DNA of 64,000 bases from Squalus acanthias (Eukaryota): the NCBI GenBank assembly GCA_030390025.1, contig CM059438.1, positions 60,080,001 through 60,144,000 of the forward strand, given 5' to 3'. The position numbers and the translations under genes were made by a program. The notes below the pieces were generated by a model that ran no database searches, was not told the DNA's origin, and saw only the letters and a list, made by a program, of their open reading frames with translations. Positions 12,341 to 26,200 of this stretch are shown here, piece after piece (positions within the stretch are counted from its first letter, which is position 1; each line of letters opens with the position of its first letter).

Positions 12341-14814
12341 CTGCCCTGCTACAAGTAGATGGAGGCCTTATCCAATTTCTAGGCCCATATGTTTTAAATG
12401 GCCAGTTACTATTGGCCCCATTGTTTCCCATTTTCGTTTGATTTCCCACTCTCTAGGACCATTCAAAGTAATTTTTATTGCTAATTTTAAAAATGTTTGT
12501 TTTAAGGTGGGGGGGGGGATCTGAAGAAATTCGGTGGGGTTGAAAACAGCCCAAAAAGGGTACATTTGGAAAAGCAGGAGTTAGTTTTTATTTGAATGTC
12601 ATTAAACCTCAAGGAAGCAAGCAAGAGACTAAGAAGGCAGTTCAGCTAAATGACAGCTCTTGTGAATTTTACACAGCACCCTCGTATGGATCTCAACAAT
12701 ATTCTAGTCTCTCCTATCTAGGGATAATGCTGACCTGAAAAGCATCATGTCCCACCCAAATCCTTTAATCTAAGCTAGTTTGAAGGATCTTGGTCCCCCA
12801 TCTGCTCTGAAGTGAATGAATTCTCCAGTTTCTTCCCCACCCCCAAATTGGATGTGGATATTTGGGCCTTTATTCTCCAAGAGCCCATGACGTTGTTACT
12901 GTAACAGCACAACCTGGACGGGAAAATGCATCTGTTGGAAATGACATCTTGACGAGCTGCTCGTCGCTCGATAAGACACCGGCACGCCACAGCCAGAGGT
13001 CCTGCATGCATTTTACTAGGGCGTTGCATCATTGCCTGGATAGATATCCTGAATAGTTTAGATCCTCGGCTGCCCACACACAGCTGATGAACCTCATGAG
13101 TAATCAAGGAAAGTCTCTGAAATCTTCAGGTGGGAAATGGATGATGTTCAGGTTTGAGCATCAAATAAAACCTTCTAAATTAGACACAAATTCAGAGCAT
13201 AGATAAGTTTGTGTTTTCACCCATTCTGTCCGGACTAGTCCATGCACTTAACAAACCAAGCTAAAGGTCAAAGGCCCTTAAGTTTAAAAAAAATATGCTC
13301 GGTGTATAATCAATTCAACAGTACAATAGAATAAACTCCATTCTAATGATGGAATAACATTTCAACTTTATTATTAATCAGTATTTGCTTTAGGGAGGTA
13401 CCCCCTTGTACTTTACGTACCAAGGCAATCGCAATATGGATGACCCTAATATGAAGACATAAGCTGATGACCGACCAATCGATGTATAGATTCATTTCTA
13501 GCATGGATGGTAAACCTGGCCTCTAATCCAAGCATCTGAATTGAAGGAAGTCTTCAAGGGATCTGTAGTTTTCATCTCTTGCCCACATTTTGTTTTTCAC
13601 CAATGTAAAGCTTTACCTGTACTGATCGCAAGTCAAAGTCATGATTAAACTGTACAGTCAGATCCCATGTTCAGTACTGCGCCCAGTTCTGGTTGCTGAA
13701 AAACAAGAGGAGACATTCAAGTGCTGAAGGGCAGTGCAGAGAAGATCCATGAGGTTTATACTGTACCTTGCATAAAAGGTCTGAGTTATGAGGAAAGACT
13801 GGAGACACTTGGACTATCATCCCGGAAAGGAGGCATCCGAGGTGATTGCGAGAGTTCAAAGTAGTAAAGGATAAGTTTAGGACTAATAATGGAAAGTTCG
13901 TCTCAGTGAATGAACCCCGGATGGAGCAATGGAGACGACTAACCCTGGAATCATTTAAGAAGCAACTAGCTGCTGCCTGCAGTGGGGACAAGGCTCTTTT
14001 TGGACTGACAAATTAAGATGGGAAAAATGGCCGTCCACATCTGCAATTATCTTGATATTGTGAACTGAGATGCCGTCTTTCAGATGAGATGTTCTAACTG
14101 AGGCTCCATCTGTCACTCAAGTAGATGTGAGTGATCCCATGGTACTATTTGAAGAAGAGCAGGGAGTTCTCCTCACGTCCTGGCCAACATTCGTCCTTCA
14201 ATTTGACCATTAGCAACTTTTTGCTGTTTGTTGGACCGTACTGTTTGCCTACATTCATTGACTGTGGAACACCCAAGGTAGGTGCTATTGTAAGTTCTCT
14301 TTCTCTCGTTCATTCTTTCTTAATTTAATTCAACATAATCTAAAATCAACAATCTTCCTTTGAACTTTTTTCTCATTGTTGAAGACTGAACTTTATATCT
14401 ATGCTTATGGTGATTTAAATCTGACTATTGTAGAAATAATTAAATATAATAGTTCACAGTATGTCTTCCAAGTGAGTTAATAGTAACTTTGAAATGTTGC
14501 ATTGTACTCTAATTAATTGCTGGCTGTACCAGTTTGTTTGAGCTGTCATTATGTAGGCCTGTTTCCAAGGACTTTTTGTTCATCATAGTACAAATCCTGA
14601 GACATAAACTTGAATCACAACCTGTATGGGGCCTTGTTTTGAGATGGTTGGCTTTTGATTGTTTTCCTTGTACTGATCAACAAATGGAACAGGCTGCTTA
14701 TGAAGCAGAACAGGAGATGAAGGGATTGGGAAAACAAATGTTATTCAGCAGCAATTGTTGCTAAAGAAATAGGACATTGCCTTGGAACAAATGCAACGCC
14801 AAGAGTAGCTGAAT

Positions 14815-16292
14815 TTTTTTTAAATTCGCTGATGGGATGTTGGCGTCGCTGGCAAGGCCAGCATTTATTGCCCATCCCTAATTTCCCTCGAGAAGGTGGT
14901 GGTGAGCCGCCGCCTTGAACCGCTGCAGTCCGTGTGGTGAAGGTACTCCCACAGTGCTGTTAGGTAGGGAGTTCCAGGATTTTGACCCAGCGACGATGAA
15001 GGATCGGCGATATACTTCTAAGTCAGGATGGTGTGTGACTTGGAGGGGAACTTGGAGGTGGTGGTGTTCCCATGCGCCTGCTGCCCTTGTCCTTCTAGTT
15101 GGTGGAGGTTGTGGGTTTGGGAGGTGCTGCCGAAGAAGCCTTGGCGAGTTGCTGCAGTGCATCTTGTAGATGGTACACACTGCAGCCATGGTACGCCGGT
15201 GGTGGAGGGAGTGAATGTTTAAGGTGGTGGATGGGGTGCCAGTCAAACGAGCTGCTTTGTCCTGGATGGTGTCAAACTTCGAGTGTTGTTGGAGTTGCAC
15301 TCATCCAAGCAAGTGGAGAGTATTCCATCACACTCCTTACTTGTGCCTTGTAGATGGTGGAAAGGCTTTGGGGAGTCAGGAGGTGAGACACTCTCTGCAG
15401 AATACCTAGCCTCTGACCTGCTCTTGTTGCCACAGTATTTATGTGGCTGGTCCAGTTAAGTATCTGGTCAATGGTGACCCCCAGGATGTTGATGGTGGGG
15501 GATTCGGCGATGGTAATGCAGTTGAATGTCAAGGGGAGGTGGTTAGACTCTCGCTTGTTGAAGATAGTCATTGCCTGGCACTTCTGTGGCACAAATGTTA
15601 CCTGGCCGCTTATCAGCCCAAGCCTGAACGTCGTCCAGGTCTTGTTGCATGCGACCATGGACTGCTTCATTATCTGAGGAGTTGTGAATGGCGCTGAACA
15701 CTGTGCAGTCATCAGCGAACATCCCCATTTATGACCTTATGTTGGAGGAAAGGTCATTGATGAAGTAGCTGAAGATGGTTGGGCCTAGGACACTGCCCTG
15801 AGGAACTCCTGCAGCGATGTCCTGGGGCTGTGATGATTGACCTTCAACCACCACAACCATCTTCCTTTGTGCTAGGTATGACTCCTGCCAGTGGAGCGTT
15901 TCCCCCCCTGATTCCCATTGACTTCAGTTTTACTAGGGCTCCTTGATGCCACACTCGGTCAAATGCTGCCTTGATGTCAAGGGCAGTCACTCTCACCTTA
16001 CCTCTGGAATTCAGCTCCTTTGTCCATGTTTGGACCAAGGCTGTAATGAGGTCGGAAGCCGAGTGGTCTTGGCTGAACCCAAACTGGGCATCAGTGAGCA
16101 GGTTATTTGTGAGTAAGTGCCGCTTGATAGCACTGTCAATGACACCTTCCATCACTTTGCTGATGATTGAGAGTAGACTGATAGGGCGGTAATTGGCGGG
16201 ATTGGATTTGTTCTGCTTTTTGTGGAGGGGACCTACCTGGGCAATTTTCCACGTTGTCGGATAGATGCCAGTGTTGTAGCTGTACTGGAACA
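14815..16292 (-). mobile_element. CR1/L2-group LINE, 3' portion (same family as 1-1083)
   Basis: ALDIKAAFDRVWHQG, MFADD, IYKAQVRSVMEY, SWNSLP; the 3' end at about 14815 ends in an A-rich tail. Confidence 0.88.
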
Positions 16293-16618
16293 GCTATTGT
16301 AATGTAGAGAACATGACAGCCAATTTGCACAGCGCAAGCTCCCAAAAACAGCAATGTGAGACTGACCAGATAATCTCTTTTTTTGGTGTTCGTTGAGGGA
16401 TAAATATTGGTTAGGATACAGGGGAGAACTCCCCTTCTCTTTTTGAATAATGCCATGGACGGTTTAACTTCTCACCTGAAAGATGGCAACCCTGAAAGTG
16501 CAGCACTCACTCAATACTGCACTGGAGTGTCAGCTGGGATAATGTGCTCAAGTCTCTGGAGTGGAACTTGAGCCTTCTGACTCAGACGCGAGAATGGTGC
16601 CACTGAGCCAAAGCTGAC
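16293..16618 (-). mobile_element. tRNA-derived Deu-domain SINE (SacSINE1-like), partial
   Basis: tRNA-like head (tggctcagtgg...gttcca) and a body shared with several other copies in the window. Confidence 0.75.
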
Positions 16619-16727
16619 TTCAGCCCAAATTTCGTCCAAGAAAATTTGTGTAAGCTAAAAATGAGCAAGGACATTTTGCTGACTTGTGTCCTACATGTGT
16701 ATTGATGTGATCTTATTTCCTGTTTAG

Positions 16728-16836
16728 TTCTGGGAAGTCATCAGTGATGAGCATGGTGTTGACCCCACAGGAATCTACCATGGAGAGAGTGATCTCCAGC
16801 TGGAGAGGATTAACGTCTATTTCAATGAGGCCACAG
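16728..16836 (+). CDS. TUBB: Beta-tubulin exon 2 ([36 protein letters not shown])
   Basis: tttag acceptor, gtatc donor, 109 bp as in the canonical vertebrate TUBB exon 2. Translation matches residues 20-56. Confidence 0.97.
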
Positions 16837-16931
16837 GTATCACTCTTGCATCCTAACATATTTCAGATGCATAACTGCTTTCTACTCTTTGTTTGTTTAT
16901 ACCTTTTTAAAAAAAAACTACTTTTGAACAG

Positions 16932-17042
16932 GTGGTAAGTTTGTGCCTCGTGCTATCCTTGTGGATCTGGAACCTAGTACTATGGACTCTGTTCGTTCTG
17001 GACCCTTTGGGCATCTCTTCAGACCAGATAATTTTGTGTTCG
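16932..17042 (+). CDS. TUBB: Beta-tubulin exon 3 ([37 protein letters not shown])
   Basis: aacag acceptor, gtaagt donor, canonical 111 bp. Confidence 0.97.
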
Positions 17043-17715
17043 GTAAGTGAAGTTTCATGTAAATACTGGGACTGCTGGGTAGCTCCTGTGTAGTGGAGCC
17101 ATGGACTTCAACCTAGATGTGTTAAAGTCCTCAACGAGTTGAATTCAAATACTTTTTCTCTGTGGTTGATGTCGAGTGGTCGAAGGATTGGTAAGTTGCT
17201 TCTACTTTTAAAAGATTTAAATGTACTTTTACAGCTGTGGGGTTTGGCAGAAGAGGCCTAAATCAGTGAAGCACAATAATGTGTCAATGTTACAGAAGTG
17301 CAAAAATGGTGGATGACAAGACTCTAGAGTTTAAGGACGATCTTGCACTTCCAGCGAGGAAGCACAGGTCGGAGAATTGGGGCTACGACATGGTAGCGAT
17401 GTCTCTGGCCTGCGTTCTCAGAGCATGGCTTCCCTGCTCGAAGGGTGAAATGGCCGAAACACGCTGTGTGTAGTCAACCGTAACATCCATTCAACTAGCG
17501 AAACAAGTCAAATCTTACTGTGAGGTGAATGTGTTTTTTTAAATAAAATTAAATTTAACATTTGAGGAACAATTAAATTTCCAGAATATTGCCTTTATCC
17601 CACAGGAAGAAAGCATCTGAGTACTGTTCCATTGAGCGGTTTATTTTTTTTTAAATTCATTCTCGGGATGTGGACTTTACTGGAAAGGCCTGCATTTATC
17701 GCCCATGCCTAGTTC

Positions 17716-18830
17716 ATAGAACCTTCCAGCACGGAAGGAGGCCATTCGGTCTATTTTGCCTGTGCCAGCTCTTTGAAAGAGCTATCCAATTAGTCCCTTT
17801 CCTCATAGCCCTGCAAGTTTTTCCTTTGAAAGTTGCTAATGAATCTGCTTCCACCACCCTTTCAGATCATAACAGCTAGCTGTGTTTAAAAAAAATAAAT
17901 AAATAAAAAAAATTCTCCCCTCCCTTCTGATTCTTTTGCCAATTATGTTAAATCTGTGTCCTCTGGTTACCGACCCTCCCGCCAGTGAAAACATTTTCTC
18001 CTTATTTATTGTATCAAAACCCCTTATAAATCTGAACACCTCTATTAAATCTCCCCTTAACTTTCTCTGCACTAAGGAAAACAATCCCAGTTTCTGGGAA
18101 ATTTCAGGGGGGGAATAAGAAGTATTTTTACGCAGCGAGTTGTTATGATCTGGAATGCACTGCCTGAAAGGGTGGTGAAAGCAGATTCAATAGTAACTTT
18201 CAAAAGGTAATTGGATATATACTTGAAAAGGAAATGTTTGCAGGGCTACGAATAAAGAGCAGGGGAGTGGGACTAATTGGATAGTTCTTTCAAAGAGTCG
18301 GCAAAGACACAATGGGCCGAATGGTCTCCTTCTGTGCTTAATTCTATGATTCTTTAGTCTCTCCACATAACTGAAGTCCCTCATCCAGGTATCGTTCCAG
18401 TAAGTCTTCTCTACACCATCTCCAAGTCCTCGACATCCTTTCCAAAGTGTGGTGCCCAGAATTGGACACAATAATCAATCTAGCTGAGGTCCAACCGGTG
18501 GTTTTATAAAGGTTCAGCATAACTTCCTTGTTTTTGTACTCTATGCCTCTATTTATAAAGCCAAGGCTTCCATATGCTTTAACAGTTTTATCAACTTGTC
18601 CTGCATTCTTCAAAGATTTGTGGATGTGAACCCCCAGCTCTCTCTGTTGCTGCACCCCCTTTAAACTTGTACCATTTGTTTTGCATTGTCTCTCCTTGTT
18701 CATCCTCCCAAAATACATCACACTTCTCTGCATTAAATTTCATCTGCCACGTGTCTCCCTATTTCACCGGTCTTTCTATGACCTCCTGAAGTATGCTCCT
18801 ATCCTCCTCACTGTTTACTACATTTCCAAG
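17716..18830. mobile_element. Cluster of nested, degraded CR1 3' fragments
   Basis: RKLRGDLIEVF, WNALP-type and GFINRGIEYK motifs and CR1 tails in both orientations. Confidence 0.7.
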
Positions 18831-19830
18831 TTGCCCTTGACAAGATGTTGGTGGGCCGCCGCCTTGAACCGCTGCAGTCTGTGGGGTGAAGGTGCTCCCA
18901 CGGTGCTGTTAGGGAGGGAGTTCCAGGATTTTAACCCAGCGACAATGAAGGGATCGGTGATCTATGTCCAAGTCAGGATGGTGTGTGACTTGGAGGTGAT
19001 GGTGTTCCCATGCACCTCCTGCCCTTATCCTTATAGTTGATAGAGGTCGCAGGTTTGGGAGGTGCTGTCGAAGAAGTGTTGCTAACTTGCATCAGTGCAT
19101 CGTGTAGATAGTACACACTGCAGTCACGGTAGAGGAAGTGGATGTTTAAGGTGGTGAATGGGGTGCCAATCAAGCAGACTGCTTTGTTCTGGATGGTGTT
19201 GAGCTGCTTGAGTGTTGTTGTAGCCGCACTCATCCTGACAAGTGGAGAGTATTCCATCACACTCCTGACTTGTGCCTTGTAGGTGGTGGAGAGGCTTTGG
19301 GGAATCGGGTGATGAGCCACTCACCACAGAATATCCAGCCTCTAACCAGCTCCAGTAGCCACGGTATTTATGTGGCTGGTCCAGTTGAGTTCTGGTCAAT
19401 GGTAACCCCCCCCCCAGTATTTTAATGGTGGGGGACTCAGCGATGGTAATGCCATTAAATGTCAAGGGGAGGTGGTTAGGCTCTCTCTTGTTGGAGATGG
19501 TCATTGCCTGCCACTTGTGTGGCACAAATGTTACTTGCCATTTATCTGACCAATCCTGGAGGATGTTCAGGTATTGCTGTATGCGGGCATGGATTGCTTC
19601 ATTACCTGAAGAATTGCAAATGGAGCTGGATACTGTAATCATCATCGAACAGCCCCACTTCTGACCTTAAGATGGAGGGAATGTCATTGATGAAGCAGCT
19701 GAAGATAGTGCCTAGGGTGCTGCCCTGAGGAACTCCTGCAGCAATGTCCTGGGGTTGAGACGATTGGCCTCCAATAACCACAACCACCTTTCTTTGTGCC
19801 AGGTATGACTACAGCCACTGGAGGGCTTTC
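18830..19830 (-). mobile_element. Older copy of the CR1/L2-group LINE 3' portion
   Basis: GVPQGS, YKAQVRSVMEYSP; colinear with 14880-15900. Confidence 0.8.
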
Positions 19831-20499
19831 CTGCTGTTTATGCCCTGTATGTTCAGATGGTCTCCCCTCTTCCTAATTCTGCTGTATATGAGGTCTCTTT
19901 CTGTGATGTACTTTAGTTCGTTGCTCCCTGTTTTCGCACTAGAAAAAGATTGTAAATCTCCATATACTTTTAAGTCTGCGTCAGGTAGAGCGGAGTAACC
20001 AAGGTCACTCGTTCATTTGCTGTTTGTGGAACCTTGCTGTACGCAAATTGTCTGCTGCATTTATCCACAAGAATAGTGATTGCACTTCAAAAGTAATTGA
20101 TTGTTTGTAAAACACTCTGGGACATTCTGAGGGCTTGATTGCTATATAAATGTAAGTTCTTTTTGCCCTTAGTTTTTCTTTATTTTAGTGATGTACAGGA
20201 CGTGGTGTTTGAAAGAAAACATTGTTTGAACAGATCACTGAGTTTGTGTGTAAACTGGTTCAGCTTGAGAGAGCAGCCAGGAAGGAAGATGGAGTCTGAT
20301 AATCAGAGTTGATCTTGGGGGCGAGAGAAGTGATGGAGAGTTAGAGATGGATGTCATCCGCATTCAGATGATGACAGATAGGGTAGATAGAGAGAAACTA
20401 TTTCCGCTGGTTGGGGATTCTAGGACTAGGGGGCATAGTCTAAAAATTAGAGCCAGACCTTTTCAGGAGTGAAATTAGGAAACACTTCCACACGCAAAG

Positions 20500-23000
20500 T
20501 AAGGTCCCTAGTGTATTTATTATTCTTTAATTTAAAGGGAGTAAATTAAGGGTAGGACATGGCAGGGCAGCTCGGCTGCGTGGAGTGCTCCATGTGCAGG
20601 AAGTGTCTCCAGCTGCAGCTACTCGAAATCCGCGTTTCGGAGCTGGAGCTGCGGCTGGAGTCACTGTGGAGCATCCGCGAAGCTGAGATCTTCGTGGATA
20701 GCACGTTTAACGAGGTGGTCACACCGCAGGTAAAGAATGCACAGGCAGACAGGAAATGGGTGACCGCCAGACAGAGTAAAAGAACTAGGAAGGTAGTGCA
20801 GGAGCCCCTGGGGTCTATCTCCCTCTCCAACAGATTTTCCGTTTTGGATACTGCGGGGGGAGATGGTTTCTCAGGGGAATGCAGCAAGAGCCAAGTCGTG
20901 GCACTACGAGTGGCTCAGCTGCACAGGAGGGGAGGAAAAAGAGTGGGAGAGCAATAGTGATAGGGGATTCTATCTTAAGGGGAACAGATAGACGTTTCTG
21001 TGGCCGCAGACGTGACTCCAGGATGGTATGTTGCCTCCCTGGTGCCAGGGTCAAGGATGTCACTGAACGGCTGCAGGGCATTCTGAAGGGGGAGGGCGAA
21101 CGGTCAGAGGTCGTGGTTCACATTGCTACTAACGACATGGGTAGAAAGAGTGATGACGTCCTGCAACAAGAATTTAGGGAGCTAGATAGCAGATTAAAAA
21201 GCAGGACCTCAAAGGTTGTAATCTCTGGATTACTCCTGGTGCCACGTGCTAGTGAGTATAGGAATAGGAGGATAGAGCAGATGAATGCGTGGCTAAAGAG
21301 TTGGTGCAGGAGGGAGGGCTTTAGTTTCCTGGATCACTGGGTCTGCTTCTGGGGAAGGTGGGACCTGTACAAGTCGGACGGGTTGCACCTGAACCGGAAT
21401 GGGACCAACATCCTTGCGGGGAGGTTTGGTGGTACTGTTGGGGGGCGATTTAAACTAACTTGGCAGGGGGATGGGATACGGAGTGGAGCTATAGTAGGGG
21501 GTGATGCACTGCCAAATATAGAGGAAAAAACAAGTCAGCCTGAAAGGCAGAGCAAATATGTAATGGCACAAGGGAGTCTGGCAAGGCTGGATGGCATTTA
21601 TTTTAATGCAAGGAGTCTTGCGAGTAAGGCAGATGAATTGAAGGTGTTGATGAACACATGGGAGTATGATATTGTTGCTATCACAGAGACATGGTTGAGG
21701 GAGGGGCAGGACTGGCAGCTCAATATTCCGGTGTATAGAATCTTCAGGCGAGACAGAGGGGGGTGTAAAAGAGGAGGGAATGTCGCAATATTAATCGCGG
21801 AGTCAGTTACTGCTGTAAGGAGGGATGATATCTTAGCAGGTTCCTCTAATGAGTCCATATGGGTAGAACTTAAAAACAAAAAGGGGGCAAGCACTTTGCT
21901 GAAAGTGTACTATAAGCCCCCAAACAGTCAGGGGGAGATAGAGGAACAGATATGTAAGCAAATCTCAGAAGTGTAGAAATAATAGGGTAATAATAGTAGG
22001 GGATTTCAACTTCCCCAATATTAACTGGGCTAGTCAGAGTGTGAAAGGCTTAGAGGGTGCAGAATTCTTAGTGCATCCAGGAGAGCTTTTTGAGCCAGCA
22101 TGTAGAAAGTCCTACAAGAGAGGAGGCGGTACTGGACCTAATTCTAGGGAATGTAGCCGGGCAAGTGGTAGAAGTGTCAGTAGGAGAGCATTTTGGTGAC
22201 CGTGACCATAATTCGGTGAGATTTAAGGTAGTCATGGAAAAGGACAAAGATGGACTGGAAATAAAGGTTCTAAATTGGGGGAAGGCTGATTTTAATATGA
22301 TAAGGCAGGATCTGGCCAAAGTGGACTAGGATCAGCTACTTGTAGGAAAATCCACATCAGAGCAGTGGGAGTCTTTCAGAAAGGAAATAGAGAGAGTACA
22401 ACGCCAACATCTTCCCGTAAAGGTCAAGGGTGGGACCAACAAACCCAGGGAACCCTGGATGTCAAGGGATATACAAGAATGGATTAGGGAAAAAAGGGGA
22501 GGCTTTTGGCAGATACAAAGGACTAAAAACAGTGGAAGCCCTAGAGGTTTATAGAAAGTGCAGGGGGGTACTTAAAAATGAAATTAGGAGAGCGAAAAGG
22601 GGGCATGAAAAAACACTGGCGGGCAAAATAAAGGAAAATCTCAAGGTGTTTTATAAGTATATTAAGGGCAAGAGGATAACCAGGGAATGAGTAGGGCCCA
22701 TTAGGGACCAAAGTGGCAAACTGTGTGTTGAGCCGGAAGATGTAGGTGAGGTTTTAAATTAATATTTTGCATCTGTGTTCACGATGGAGAAGGACGATGT
22801 AGGCATAGAAATCAGACGGGGATTGTGATATACTTGAACAAATTAGTATTGAGAGGGAGGAGGTACTAGCGGTTTTAGCGGGCTTAAAAGTGGATAAATC
22901 CCCAGGCCCAGACGAGATGGGATTAGAATAGACGGGGCTTGATGGCCGGCACGGACACGATGGGCCGAAGGGCCTCTTTCTGTGCTGTATAACTCTGACT
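20500..23000 (+). mobile_element. CR1 LINE (ORF1 esterase and EN, RT deleted, joined directly to its 3' tail)
   Basis: ORF 20879-21976 (GDSILRG, HIATND, DGLHLN, NARSL, ITETW). At about 22918 the sequence jumps from SPGPDEM to the 3' UTR. Same subfamily as 3706-6952; sits inside another CR1 3' fragment (20370-23210). Confidence 0.9.
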
Positions 23001-23229
23001 CCAAGTTTGGAACTTTCTTCCACAAATGGCAATTGATGCTAGATCAATTGTTAATTTTAAATCTGAGACTGATAGCTTTCTGTTAACCAAAGATATTGAG
23101 GGATATGGGCCAAAGGCGGGTATATGGAGTTAGGTCGCAGAGCAGCCATGATCTGAATTGAATGGCGGAGCAGGCTCGAGGGGCTGAATGGCCTACTTAT
23201 GTTCCTATGTGTCTACTGATGATATCATC

Positions 23230-26200
23230 GAGAGGTAGACTGTAGATGAAGAGGAGGAAGGAGGCAAGCATGGATCTGTGGCGAGAGTGGAGTGGGAGCT
23301 GGAGAAGACGCTACTGCTTCAGATATATTGGCTGTTTTAGGACAGGTAGTATGGAATCAAGCAAGGGCGGTCCCGTGGAGAATGTTGAAGGGAATGACCA
23401 TGCTGCACTGGAGGGTGATGCATCATTTTGCAGCTAGTAATGATACTTGTGCTAGTGTGCTCGATTTGTGTGTTTGGGGGGGGTTTACCCTGTCTAGCGG
23501 GCAGGCTCAGCAAGCACCGACCAGGGTCCTCTGGGACTGCAAGACCGGTTGTGTTCACAGTGTTCTCCTGGATTGCTAACCAGAATGGATGGATATCTGG
23601 GCCTCATGATAAGAAGGTGCTCTTCTGACCATGGCCATCTAGAGGGATGAAAATTCTGAAGTTTGTGTGTGCTGTATGATCTTGAGCTGGCTTTCATCCA
23701 TTTTGCTGCAGGTGGAGGTGTTTAGGATCTTAATCCATAACTCTTGTCATTCCTCCTCAAGTCAACCTATGCTTCATTACGAGGCTACCCTCAAGCTTTC
23801 TGTCCCATCATTGGAGGTGTCTATAGTGCACATGGTTGAGATTACTCCACAAGAGGCTGCTGTGCATTGGAGGAAAAGTTCCAAGGTGATGGGCTCACTG
23901 GTCTGTGAAGTTTTGCAGTGTTCTGGAGGTAATGCTTCATCTGGAGATGGCAGTCAGTTTTGGGAATGCTGGAATGGATGAGACTTGTCAGTTAACTGGT
24001 GAAAGGGCATAATGTGGCCCTTACGGAGCAGTTGGCCTAACCTGGTGATTTCTTTCTCATGCCAGGTTGCGTAACTCTTGGAAGTGAGTTCTCCTGAGAG
24101 CTCCTATTGTGCTAGTTTGGGGAAAGGACTGATCGACCCTGTGACAATCTTTAGGGAAGCACAGACCTGCTCCAGGCTGAGAGCTGCAGGGACAATGGAG
24201 TCCTTCCTGCTTTCTATTGGTCTCTACTGAGGGTGCTGCTATGAACGGCTAACTAAGCAGGGGGTTTCTCAGCCATGGGTTTTGCTGAGAGGCTTGGAGC
24301 CGTGCTACAATCGCTTGAAATTTGGGAGGCCAAGTCCCCTTTTGATTGCTGGAGGCATTTGAGGCATATTTGTGCCTGTCCAGAGGAACTTGGAGATGTG
24401 ACTTTCCAGATCATGGAATTGTTGGGCTGGTACCTTAACAGGAAGCATCTGAAATAGGTAAAGGAGTGAGGGGGAGAGAAATATTTATCTTTACTCTGTC
24501 CACCCTATCCAAGAATGATATGGGAAGCTTATTCTATCTGGTTAGGTCAACATGTATGCTGGTTTGCAGCAGGGGGAAGAGATTTGATGTGACGTACACC
24601 AAAGCATCTAAAGCCGGCCCCTGGAAATACAGAGGGTTAGGATTCTTGTATTTTGTGGGGACAGCCTGTGTGAGGAAGATGTCCTCTGCTTTAGAACAAC
24701 TGAGTTTGTAACTGGAGAGTTGCCCAAGTTCTTGAGAGAGTAAGATGGTTGAGTATTTATTATTGTGCAGGGATATTTTGTGTTCAGTCCTTCCTGCCAT
24801 ACTCGGTGGATTCCTGGTTTCACTCATGCATTTTGCTGGAGGGTTCTGTGGCAGGGCAAAGGGAAATTGAGGGCATCCCTGTTTAGCCCCCAGTGCAATG
24901 AAGCTGAGGTCACCCGTACACACTCTGGATGTGGGGTGCAAGTACAAGATTGTAATGCCCTTCCTGAATGTGGCGGCAAAAGCCATTCTAGCAAATAACA
25001 CAAGGAGAAACTTCCACTCGACCCAATGGAATGCCCTTTCTGCATCCAGGCAGAGTACTAAGGCAGGTGCGATGGTGCTTTTACAGTTCGGCACTACAGT
25101 AACTAGCCACCTGGTGTTGTTCCTTGAGAGGTGGCCTCCACCAGTGAATTCTCTTCCCCAGAGAGCTGTGGAGGCTGGGTCATTGAATGAATATATTTAA
25201 GGTGGCGATAGACAGATTTTTGAACGATAAGGGAGTCCAGGGTTATGGGGAGCGGGCAGGGAAGTGGAGTTGAGGCCAAGATCAGATCAGCCATTATCTT
25301 ATTGAATGGCGGAGCAGGCTCGAGGGGCCAAATGACCTACTCCTGCTCCTACGTCTTTTGTTCCTCTGTTCATATAAAAACCTGCTTGGTCTGCATAAAC
25401 CAGCTCAGGGATGAGTACATTTAGTCTGGAGGCCAGGATTGGGTCTGCCCTTGGAGGGTCTTTGTCTCCAGCACAGAGTAAGAGGAGAGCAAGTTCCCAT
25501 AGGGCCTTGTAATCGGGTCCTGAAGTTTTCCCAGCTTAGAGACTTTCTACATCTAGCTGGAGCTTACTGGTTGAGTTTGGAACTTCAAGGAAGATCAGAT
25601 GGGTATTGTGCGGTTTCTTGTAATGTGACCTGGTACTCGGTGGAATGGAGCCAGCTGTTGTAGTTTATGAACTATGCTTATCTCTGAGGTGAGGTTCGCA
25701 TCAGCTCACTTAATTACTTCAGAAGTTCTGTTATGTGTTTTCTGTTGTGCACTGTGTTCTAGAAGCTTCCCCAGTTTATCATTTCTGTCATTAGTATTTG
25801 GCTATTTAGTTCCCCACTAGCCTGTATCAGGACCCTCTCAGCACTTTCTGTTTGGTATTCACCGTATTGAGATTCTAACTCCTTTCGCATTTTCTTCCAG
25901 GTCTCTCTGGGTTTGCAGCCCTTTACACCTCTTGATGGAGGTGGCGATGGGTCATCTGATCTCCAAAGACTGCTCTGGTGGTTTCCTGTAGTAGTGTGGG
26001 AAAGGTGTTGGTTCCTGGTTCTCGGCAATGCAGCAGACGATCTTAGGCCTGCAGTAGGATAAGAACTCCGGGTTGAGGTGCCAGTATTTGGAGGGAGGAA
26101 GTTGATTGACGAGGGTGAGTTGGAACATGGCCTGAAATGGCTATTGGCCCTATGTCACAGTGTGTGATTTGGGATAGGTGGGATTGTTTCAGGAAGCCGT

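Larger units (their letters stand above)
1367..12385. mobile_element. Degraded PIF/Harbinger DNA transposon, expanded by nested CR1 insertions
   Basis: Imperfect TIRs ggctgtgaaattgg (1367-1380) and ccaatttctaggcc (12372-12385, 11/14 match), flanked by the 3-bp duplication CAT (1364-1366 and 12386-12388). Contains convergent DDE transposase and Myb/SANT remnants. Confidence 0.7.
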
